Part shown: positions 27,513 to 35,500 of the stretch, in pieces
How the letters are laid out: each line of letters begins with the position of its first letter
Numbering within the stretch: position 1 is the stretch's first letter
Virus record (IMG/VR): IMGVR_UViG_3300030207_001373
Span: 1 to 41,244 of that record
DNA: 41,244 bases
Reading direction: 5' to 3' (one strand)
From: a virus
Lineage: Duplodnaviria; Caudoviricetes
The notes under the pieces: generated by a model
What the model was told of the DNA's origin: nothing
Database searches by the model: none
The model's input: only the letters and a program-made list of their open reading frames with translations
Program-made: the position numbers and the translations under genes

Positions 27513-29726
27513 TTAATTTTCTATTAATTTTGAGTGCATACCTCTTTGTTTATATCTTGCTATTTTTAAGTTAACTTTTTCTTTTTCTACCGTTGCGTTA
27601 GGACTATATAAATGTCTATTGCAAGCCATTATAGCCAAACCACTACTTATTGTAGCATCGTATTTTGTTCTATTATTTATATCAAACTTAGACCAGTCTA
27701 GCAATGTTTCGTTAAAATACATGTTACCATGATCACCGTTTATTTTAATACCCACGTGTTCTTGTATATACATTTCAATAGCAGCAGCGTGAGCTTGTTT
27801 TACATCTTCACTAGAATTTGGTATACCACCTACTTCTTTTTCTGATGTTGATAGTTTATTCCAAATTTTATCAGGTCTATTCATTGAATAACCTCTATAA
27901 CCACGTCTTCGTAAATAATACAATAGACGAGGTTTATTATTTTCTGCAAGTAATGGCATCCCGTAAAATACTAAAGCCATTAGAACGTCCTCAAAGAACA
28001 TCTCCGCTGTTGCTGGTCTTGCAATATACTCTAAGAAAAACTGATTTGGTGGACAGTCTTCCATACTAAACTTAGTTAAACCATGTAAAGCACCTTTAGA
28101 TCCTTTACCATCAACCGTTCCTGATATATCGTAACTGTCACAACCAAAAGCACCCATGTGTTCATTACCAGGGTATTTTCTATTGTTTTTGTTTATAATT
28201 TTATTCTGCAGGTGACCTGGTGGTACCCAACTAACTTTAAACCTACCTTTTGCATCAGGATAAAAAATAACTTTTGTATCTTTTATACCGTTGACCCACT
28301 GAAAGTTTCCTCTACTTATATTATTAGAAACTTCTTCGTTATAATCTATTTGCTCATATAACTTAGCTAGGTTAAATATACTGTTTTTAGTTTCATCTCT
28401 AAAAGCATGTTCTTCAGTACGTGGAAACTGTCTATAAAATTCATTTAAAGCGTCTCCGTCATGTTTTAATCCATCAACCTCGTTTTGCCAGTGCTCGATA
28501 ATACCTGTGTCGATATAATCTCCATGAGGTCCTGTTGTCTCAGTATCGGGTGTTTCGAATACAGGTAAGCCATAAGAATCAATGAATCCTTCGTAGTTCC
28601 ATTCCATAGGTATGAACAAACTATATAATCCCGAACTAGTCTGTCCGTTGCGGTTTCTTTTTGTGACATCTGAATCTCTATAAAGTTTTTTAAAGTTATC
28701 TCCTCCTTTATCTAAAGCGTTAGATGTTGATCCCATCATACACTTACCGATAATTCTACTACCTAATCGTAGTGTCGTTTTTGTAACCCTCCAGTTGTTG
28801 AGGATGTTGTTCGGCCTTTCCCATTTCCCTGATTCATCATGGACGAGGAGCTTGAGTTTCTCTCCATCATAGGAGTTATCACCGGTATTCTTCCAATCGA
28901 TCGTTGTATCGAGTCCCTCGAGGGCTTCGGGACGATCGGTGGTATTTGTAATGTTCCGTCTTGTGAGCTTACTTGCGGGTACTCTATATGCGAGCTCGGT
29001 CTTGGGACGGTCCATACCGTCCTGTATCGGTTTAAAAAAGAACGGATAATTGACCGATATTGGTACGACTTTATCTGTGAACATTTTCTTGGCATCGGGA
29101 CCAGATTTGGACAATATGCCGAATCGTGAATCGGAACTAATTGTAGCCATATTAACTGTTTCTCCACTGGCCATAAACGAGAATCCCGATCTACGGTTTT
29201 TAAGATAGCACATTCCATAACTCCTTCTGTCTGCTTTGCAAGCTTCCCAAAAGATATAGAATAATCTATTGGCTTCTCTAAAGTCCGGTTTCCCAACATC
29301 AATTTTGGACCACTGCAAGTACATATAATGAGTGCCAGTAAGATAAGTAGGAATCCCTTTATTATAAAACCAAAAACCTTCTTCTCTTTTTTTAAACTCA
29401 TTCTCTATATAATCTATGTATTTACTTTTAAAATCTTTAGGGTATTCTTTCCAATCAAATATAGTTTTTATTCTATTTAATTCTTTTGGATATTCTGTTA
29501 CTTCCCAAGTATCTTTTTCAAACTTATGTATTTTATCTGGTTTTTTAGGTAATGCTATTCTAAGATTTTGTATCTCATATATTTCACCTATCATACCAGA
29601 TTTAGATATAACTACAACGTCATGTTCTTTATTATATCCATATTCCCACTTTTTAGATTTATTTAATCTTTTAATGGTATTTATTTTTATAGGTTCTATA
29701 ACCTTATATAAGCTTTGCTCGTACAT
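27513..29726 (-). CDS. terL: Terminase large subunit
   Basis: Walker A variant LKNRRSGFS, Walker B LLVHDESGK, coupling motif MGSTS, and RNase H-like nuclease residues FGCDSYD, LAENN and YDATIS. Confidence 0.93.
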   Translation of the reverse strand: MYEQSLYKVIEPIKINTIKRLNKSKKWEYGYNKEHDVVVISKSGMIGEIYEIQNLRIALPKKPDKIHKFEKDTWEVTEYPKELNRIKTIFDWKEYPKDFKSKYIDYIENEFKKREEGFWFYNKGIPTYLTGTHYMYLQWSKIDVGKPDFREANRLFYIFWEACKADRRSYGMCYLKNRRSGFSFMASGETVNMATISSDSRFGILSKSGPDAKKMFTDKVVPISVNYPFFFKPIQDGMDRPKTELAYRVPASKLTRRNITNTTDRPEALEGLDTTIDWKNTGDNSYDGEKLKLLVHDESGKWERPNNILNNWRVTKTTLRLGSRIIGKCMMGSTSNALDKGGDNFKKLYRDSDVTKRNRNGQTSSGLYSLFIPMEWNYEGFIDSYGLPVFETPDTETTGPHGDYIDTGIIEHWQNEVDGLKHDGDALNEFYRQFPRTEEHAFRDETKNSIFNLAKLYEQIDYNEEVSNNISRGNFQWVNGIKDTKVIFYPDAKGRFKVSWVPPGHLQNKIINKNNRKYPGNEHMGAFGCDSYDISGTVDGKGSKGALHGLTKFSMEDCPPNQFFLEYIARPATAEMFFEDVLMALVFYGMPLLAENNKPRLLYYLRRRGYRGYSMNRPDKIWNKLSTSEKEVGGIPNSSEDVKQAHAAAIEMYIQEHVGIKINGDHGNMYFNETLLDWSKFDINNRTKYDATISSGLAIMACNRHLYSPNATVEKEKVNLKIARYKQRGMHSKLIEN
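28470..29200 (+). ncRNA. Candidate structured antisense RNA (or ssDNA structural element) embedded in terL
   Basis: GC-rich island with tandem hairpins at 28893-28942, 28996-29030, 29042-29078 and 29089-29122. Their wobbles are G-U on the + strand and would be A-C mismatches on the mRNA. Boundaries are approximate. Confidence 0.4.
28763..29401 (-). CDS. Candidate overprinted gene (+1 frame of terL): membrane-anchored/lipoprotein-like protein
   Basis: 212-codon ATG-initiated frame. The N-terminus MSLKKEKKVFGFIIKGFLLILLALIICTCSG resembles a signal/anchor, and the C-terminal half is Pro/Ser-rich. Confidence 0.35.
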   Translation of the reverse strand: MSLKKEKKVFGFIIKGFLLILLALIICTCSGPKLMLGNRTLEKPIDYSISFGKLAKQTEGVMECAILKTVDRDSRLWPVEKQLIWLQLVPIHDSAYCPNLVPMPRKCSQIKSYQYRSIIRSFLNRYRTVWTVPRPSSHIEYPQVSSQDGTLQIPPIVPKPSRDSIQRSIGRIPVITPMMERNSSSSSMMNQGNGKGRTTSSTTGGLQKRHYD

Positions 29727-30001
29727 TACTTAGATCTTCTTTCAGCAAAACCAGAAAAACTTTCTTCTTTTTTCTCTTCTTTTGCTTTTCCGTCAAGCAT
29801 ATCTTGCTCGTCTTGTATTCTATTTAATATTTCAAAAGCATCGAATATAGCTAGTTTTTTTGTTGCTGCAGCATTTTTTAATCTATCAGCTGATATATCA
29901 TCATCACTATCAACTATAGGTTCTTTGGCTACTTTTATTAATTCTTCAACAGCTTTATGACCAGCTTGGATTATACTCTTTTTCGTTTCCTTTGTACTCA
30001 T
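29726..30001 (-). CDS. Putative terminase small subunit
   Basis: 91-aa helical protein whose stop overlaps the terL start (TAATG). Called from position. Confidence 0.5.
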   Translation of the reverse strand: MSTKETKKSIIQAGHKAVEELIKVAKEPIVDSDDDISADRLKNAAATKKLAIFDAFEILNRIQDEQDMLDGKAKEEKKEESFSGFAERRSK

Positions 30002-30551
30002 ATTTAATTGTAATTGAGTGGTTCATAATTCTATATAATTTCTTACCATCTATTGTAAACTCGTAAGCAGTGTTAGGTTTAAAACCAACTAAGTCTCCTT
30101 TTTTTAAACCTGCATCAGTTAAGTGTTTGTCTGGGTAAAATAATATACCTGTTAATTCTTTTTCTGTATTTATGCTATACACACTATCGTTTTCAATAGG
30201 TTGTACAAAACAAAAACCATCGGTAGCTAACCACTCTTTACCATTATTATAAGCAAAAACCTGATCTGGATAAACAAAATATAAACCGTCTTTGTAATAG
30301 CTTTTGCTATTTCTTTCAACACCTTTTACATCATGCCATCTACGAAAAACATTATGGTGTACTATAACAGTATCACCTTTTTTTATTTTTGTATCACCAA
30401 CAGTAGGAGTTTCTATAACAACAGCGTGTCTATTTACAAATTTATGTTGAAAAATATCTGTATTTAATATAAGATTTTTATCACCAATTTTTTTCTCGTT
30501 GTTATATCTACTACCTAATGGTTTTATTATAAAGTTTTGTACACCTCTCAC
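29955..30551 (-). CDS. GroES-like co-chaperonin with two tandem domains
   Basis: GTG start overlapping the upstream TAG. Two GroES-like halves: FIIKP...AVVIETP...IKKGDTVIV and CFVQP...GIL...LKKGDLVGF...EFTIDGKKLYRIM. Confidence 0.65.
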   Translation of the reverse strand: MRGVQNFIIKPLGSRYNNEKKIGDKNLILNTDIFQHKFVNRHAVVIETPTVGDTKIKKGDTVIVHHNVFRRWHDVKGVERNSKSYYKDGLYFVYPDQVFAYNNGKEWLATDGFCFVQPIENDSVYSINTEKELTGILFYPDKHLTDAGLKKGDLVGFKPNTAYEFTIDGKKLYRIMNHSITIKYEYKGNEKEYNPSWS

Positions 30552-30772
30552 TAATACTCTAGGTTATATTCAACAGATATTGCCATGTTTTTATTGAAGT
30601 CTTTCCAAGGGATAATTTCCTCGTTCTTTTTTATATAAACGCTAAACTTATCCTTATCCTCTAATATAGCTTCAATAGTATGCCCACCGTAAACCTCTTG
30701 GCCTACAGAGTAATGCATGGCATCGTTTTTATAATCTTTACCGATACTAATCTTTCTTATCAGCTTCTCCAT
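30551..30772 (-). CDS. Hypothetical phage protein
   Basis: 73-aa ORF overlapping both neighbours, with typical codon usage. Confidence 0.7.
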   Translation of the reverse strand: MEKLIRKISIGKDYKNDAMHYSVGQEVYGGHTIEAILEDKDKFSVYIKKNEEIIPWKDFNKNMAISVEYNLEY

Positions 30773-31019
30773 CTTCTTCAGGTATCTCAGATATTGTACC
30801 GTCTTGTAAGTTTATAGACACTTTACCGTACTTTTCTTCAAGTTTTACTTGTATTTCTTGAATATCTGTTTGTAACAACTTAACTTGTTCAAGCATCGAC
30901 ATTTTAGCTATTTCAGCTCTTCCTATGTTAGCTTCAACGGCTTGTATGCTTTTTACTTTTGACTGAATATTTTCTAATTCTTTGTCAGTGATTTTTAAAT
31001 CATTTGTTTTCTTTGCCAT
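30747..31019 (-). CDS. Small coiled-coil protein (possible fibre assembly chaperone)
   Basis: 90 aa with a heptad pattern, ending LEEKYGKVSINLQDGTI. It has an AT-rich leader. Confidence 0.65.
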   Translation of the reverse strand: MAKKTNDLKITDKELENIQSKVKSIQAVEANIGRAEIAKMSMLEQVKLLQTDIQEIQVKLEEKYGKVSINLQDGTISEIPEEDGEADKKD

Positions 31020-31046
31020 AATTTATTTATTTAATTTAACTTAATT

Positions 31047-31373
31047 TTATGCCCAAGGTAAAGCTTTGTCTACTTTTACAGGGGCTTTTTTTGCTTCTAT
31101 ATACTTACCTAATAAGTATTTATTTTGCTCAACATTAGCTACAGATTTAACAAAATCCCTTACGTTAGCTTCTGTAAGATCGCTATAAGCTTTAAAATTA
31201 TCTTTATCAGGTTCATTTAAATTTGCTGTAAAATCATGAGAAGCAGTAATTTTACTATCCCCAGTTCCTTCACTAGCTGTATAAGTATAGTGAACTTCGC
31301 TAACTATATCAGCTAGATCATCAGTTGAGTATACTCTTACGTTATTTATCTTATATGTATATGTTATTGCCAT
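31047..31373 (-). CDS. Small tail-fibre-associated phage protein
   Basis: MAITYTYKI...DIVSEVHY...NFKAYSDLTEANV...ALPW, a pattern common in small genes next to fibres of aquatic phages. Confidence 0.65.
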   Translation of the reverse strand: MAITYTYKINNVRVYSTDDLADIVSEVHYTYTASEGTGDSKITASHDFTANLNEPDKDNFKAYSDLTEANVRDFVKSVANVEQNKYLLGKYIEAKKAPVKVDKALPWA

Positions 31374-31378
31374 GATTA

Positions 31379-31387
31379 TATTATTAC
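31379..31387 (-). promoter_or_regulatory. GTAATWATA intergenic motif (candidate phage promoter element)
   Basis: aaaatagcGTAATAATAtaatcATG lies upstream of the 108-aa gene, which leads into the packaging genes. Confidence 0.35.
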
Positions 31388-31407
31388 GCTATTTTCACAT
31401 TTTTTAC

Positions 31408-31965
31408 CTACGGCATTCCTTCACCACGGCCGCCGCCTCCGCCACCACCGCCGCCGCTTCCAGCATTTTGACTTACGGTTGTGCTTCTTGTTGTACTACT
31501 ATTAGTACCAGATGGATGAGATCCACTATTTGTTCCTACTGTAAATGTAACTACAACTGTTGCTGATCTAGAGCTACCAGAGTTTGAAGCTATAGTATAA
31601 CTAACCGTCCCGTTTCCAGTACCAGAAGAAGACGATGCGCTTATTGTTATCCATGAAGCACTTGTACTAGCTGACCAAGATATATATGTACCTGTTGAAA
31701 CTGTTATTGAGCCAGTTGCTCCACTATTACTGTTATTTGAATCATACAGTGGTGACGTACCAACTGTAGCATTGTGCTGGTATTTATACCACTCGCTTAT
31801 ACGATCTGGATCAACAGTATCTGGTTTATTTGCATTACTATTAGTAACATTTATAGTTTCATAAATACCATTGTTAGCATGACCTAATCTAAAAGGTTCT
31901 TCATCACTATCTATTTCAGCCATTATTTCAGAGAACTTTATAAGTCCTGATGCTTGCATTGTCAT
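31408..31965 (-). CDS. Putative fibre-tip adhesin with BACON domain and poly-Gly tail
   Basis: N-terminal MTMQASGLIKFSEI, a BACON signature SITVST...SWSASTSASWITIS..SGTGNGTVSYTIASNSGSSRSATVVVT, and C-terminus GSGGGGGGGGGRGEGMP. Confidence 0.7.
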   Translation of the reverse strand: MTMQASGLIKFSEIMAEIDSDEEPFRLGHANNGIYETINVTNSNANKPDTVDPDRISEWYKYQHNATVGTSPLYDSNNSNSGATGSITVSTGTYISWSASTSASWITISASSSSGTGNGTVSYTIASNSGSSRSATVVVTFTVGTNSGSHPSGTNSSTTRSTTVSQNAGSGGGGGGGGGRGEGMP

Positions 31966-32552
31966 TATATTATCTTTAAAGGTATTTTATAATTCTTTTC
32001 ATTATAATATTCATTAACTGGTGGATCTACATCTACGTCAGTTAAAGTTAAATTATAATCGTCAAACAAATAACTCCAGTCAGTATTACTGTTTTTGTTA
32101 TTCCACCAAGTTACTTTACAACCAGGTTTTGCTACATTAAAAACAAATGAAACAAAATTATGTAAGTTATCATCTGCGTATGTATCTTGTAATATCGCGT
32201 CGTAAGTACTTAATTCTTCTGTTTTTTCTAACCAATCACCTTCAACTATAGTTACGTTTGTTTTATCACTAGCCCACTCTTTTAATTTAATTATTATTTC
32301 TGGGTGACACTCTACTATTGTGTGTGACTTAGGGTTTCTTGCTTGTATCGCGTTTGAAAGTATACCCATGCCAAAACCTAATTCTAAAACATCGTCACCT
32401 TCGCTAACAGCTAATTCAGCCATTTTATTCATAATAGGTTGTTCCCAGCTCATCATAACCTCATACACTTTATTATCATGAGGGTTTGTCCAAAGTATAC
32501 TATCGTTATTAAACGTTAATGTAGATGATATATAGTCAGATGATTTAAACAT
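31965..32552 (-). CDS. Class I SAM-dependent methyltransferase, GAMT/RMT2 (guanidino N-methyltransferase) type
   Basis: VMMSWEQPIM, motif I VLELGFGMG, HTIVECHP, GDW and YDAILQDTY align by eye with GAMT (VMERWETPYM, VLEVGFGM, HWIIECN, FDGILYDTY) and yeast Rmt2. Confidence 0.85.
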   Translation of the reverse strand: MFKSSDYISSTLTFNNDSILWTNPHDNKVYEVMMSWEQPIMNKMAELAVSEGDDVLELGFGMGILSNAIQARNPKSHTIVECHPEIIIKLKEWASDKTNVTIVEGDWLEKTEELSTYDAILQDTYADDNLHNFVSFVFNVAKPGCKVTWWNNKNSNTDWSYLFDDYNLTLTDVDVDPPVNEYYNEKNYKIPLKII

Positions 32553-35500
32553 TACTTACAATTACAATTTTCACACTTACATTTTTTTAACTCTTCAACT
32601 TCAGCTGTTAATTCTTTTACAGCTTCTATTAATACACCTACCATGTTACTATATGAAACTGACAAGTGTCCATCAGATTCCCTAGCTGTAACAACCTCAG
32701 GTATTACTTCTTGTACTTCTTGAGCTATAACACCCATATGTACTTTATCTGATTCCTCGTCTTTTCTTTTAAATGTTACACCTCTTAACTTGTTTACTTT
32801 TTGTAAAGCATCCTCTATTGTTTCTATATCTTTTTTAACTCGTTTATCAGAGTATGCAGCTATATCGTGAGAAGCATATATTGATATACCACTAACATTT
32901 CCACTTACATCTAAAGTGTAATCAGGTGTGCTATCATTTATACCTACTCTACCGGTGTCAGTAACAGTAAATCTTTCAGCACCCATATATATTCTATATC
33001 TATCAGAATCACATCTAAACGTTTGTACTGCAGTTGTAGCTGTTTCAAATTGAGAACCTTTACTACCAGATGTAAAGTTAAATCTTGCGTTAGAGTTCAT
33101 ATCAACAGTACTACTAAATGAAGCAGATGTTCCAGCTATACCAGCACTAAAGTTTAATGTACTACCGTTAACAGTTAATCTATGAGCAAAATCACTAGTA
33201 CTACCATCACTAGTATGGAAATCAATATATCTACCTACTTCCATAACACCGTCACTAGCAACATAAGGTATTACATCGTATCTATCACCGCTAGATGTTA
33301 AACTTTTACCTTGAGTTCCACTTAAACCTAAAATAGTACTTATAGTAGCTTTTCTAACAACATTGTCATTTGTATCATGAAAAGGAATAAAATCACCAGT
33401 AGTAGGTGTTACGGTGTTATTCATGTGTATATAACTATTGGTACCGTCTATATCTAAATTAAGTGTAGCGTTTCCACTTGTAGCACCACCCGTTAAACCA
33501 GCTCCTGCAGAAACTTGAGTTATATCACCAACGTTAGTAGTATACCCTGCTCCGTTTGTAATATTAGCATTATTTAACGCTATATTTGCAGTACCATCAA
33601 AACTAACCCCAGCAATCGTTCTTGCTGTAGTTAACTTATCTGCGTTAGGGTGATAACCGTCATCAAATATTCTATATAAACTAGTTTCTAAATGACCAGC
33701 TGAGTGTCTTGTTACTGTTGTATCAGATGTATCACCAATAGCAATACCACCAACAGCGTACATATCACCTGCTTGAAGATAGCCATCTACAACACTAGAT
33801 CCACTGTATTTAACTATCCTAACCCCTTTATACCTACCGTTTGTTTCATTAGAGGTTCTTTGACCAAGTTGCATTAAAACATTATTAGCTGTTGATCCAG
33901 CATCTGGTAAATATAAATGAAAAGTTTTAGTCCAATTGTCACCACTTGTTCCTTGTTGGAATGTCCAAATACCTGGAACATTTCTTAACCATGTATAATT
34001 ACTGTGATCTTTTAAATCAATACTATAAGAGTTTTCAGCATCTTCATACATTGCAAAACCAGCCATATTTAAATCAGCTCCTAATGCAGGGCTTGTATCA
34101 GCTGTTATGTCAATACTAGTTAAATAAGTTCCAGATAAATCAGGTATGTTATTTATGTGTATATTTGAAGAGTCTTCTACAGTCCAGTCAATATGTTCAT
34201 TTGCAACATAACCTGTTAAGTTATCGTGTGTAGGTATTGAAACACCCGCCGAAACCACACCTGTTACGTGACCGTTGCTATCAAGTGTTAAATCTTGTAT
34301 AAAAGTGTTACCACTGTTATCCACGCTACTTGCAGCAGTTATATTGTCATGAGCTGTATACGTTTCTGCAGGAGAATTAATTGTTACTTTTTTAGTTGTA
34401 GCATTAAAAGATACAGTTGCTGCTCCAGTTCCTGCAAATCTTAAAGCATTATCTTCAACAATAGTAAATTGCTGAGTTCCACCGTTGTTTGCAACTATAA
34501 AACCACTACCCATATCAACCGTGTTGACATAGTTACTTGTGTGTATTGTGCCAGCATTTTCAGCTGTCCAGTCTATATGTTCGTTTGCTACATAGTTGGT
34601 TAAAGCATCATGATCATGGTTGTGTGAAGCGGCTGCAGCACCTAAACTAGATAGTGTTACATTTGAGTTTAACATGCCGGAATTATTTGTGAAAGCTATT
34701 TCATTCCAACCTTGACTGTTATTGTTAGAGTTAGAGAATTTTCTATAATATATAGCTCCATTAGAACTAAAACCTAATTGACTATTATAATTACCACTAT
34801 GTCTATTTAGTGTTATTACAGCGTTAGAATTATCTGATGTAGAAAACAAACCTGATGTACCAGCGCTTATTTGTCCTGTGAATAAAAGATTATTAGTACC
34901 TGGATGTGTTGTTAAATTACCACCATCCGTAAGTAGTCCAGTGCTTGAAGCTGTAGCTGCATTACCAGTTGTATCTTGAGTACCTGACGTGTTTACACCT
35001 GGTAAGTTTATATTAGCTGTACCATTAAAACTAACACCACCGATAGTTCTTGCTGTTTCAAGAGCAGTTGCAGTAGCAGCATTTCCAGATGTATCTTGAT
35101 TCCATGTAGGTACCGTGCCAGTTAAATTACTATAATTCATAGCGCCAAGCTCTGAATAAGTAGGTTTATGACCTTCGTGGTATATTTCTTTAATTGTACT
35201 ATTGTCTATAACATAGTTACCTTCTGGTGTAGAACTAGTGTCTAACTCTACATGTCCACCTGATACTGGAGCAGGTTCTGATGTTGCAGGTGAACCGTGA
35301 CTAGTATTAAATACTGTGGTACCTTGTTCTGTCATTCTTAAAGTAACTTGTTGATACCTTGTTGTTCTTAAGTATACTTTAAACTCATCATAAGTTCCAT
35401 TTTCAGCACTTTTAATTACTCTAATACCAGCTCTATCTGTACCAGACGTTGCGTTATGTAAAACATCAAGGCTACCAGTTATTTCTAATTGACCACCATC

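Noticed and set aside
28685-28709. AAGGAGG followed by TTTAAAAAAC as a programmed frameshift site in terL
   Set aside because: The slippery heptamers are phased to the +1 frame just after a stop, not to the TerL frame. The sequence is explained by the K-G-G-D-N-F-K-K codons.
28839-29129. 96-aa antisense ORF inside the terL GC island
   Set aside because: It is exactly codon-aligned to terL and is open only because TTA/CTA/TCA codons are locally scarce. It covers only part of the island and has no protein-like features.
27513-29726. Intron or intein in terL explaining the GC-rich island
   Set aside because: The island itself encodes the ATPase core (Walker A through Walker B and beyond) in frame, and there are no intein or homing-endonuclease motifs.
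30551-31410. Stop-codon reassignment as seen in some crAss-like phages
   Set aside because: All large genes are intact in code 11, and TAG ends genes at 30551 and 31408 at sensible boundaries.
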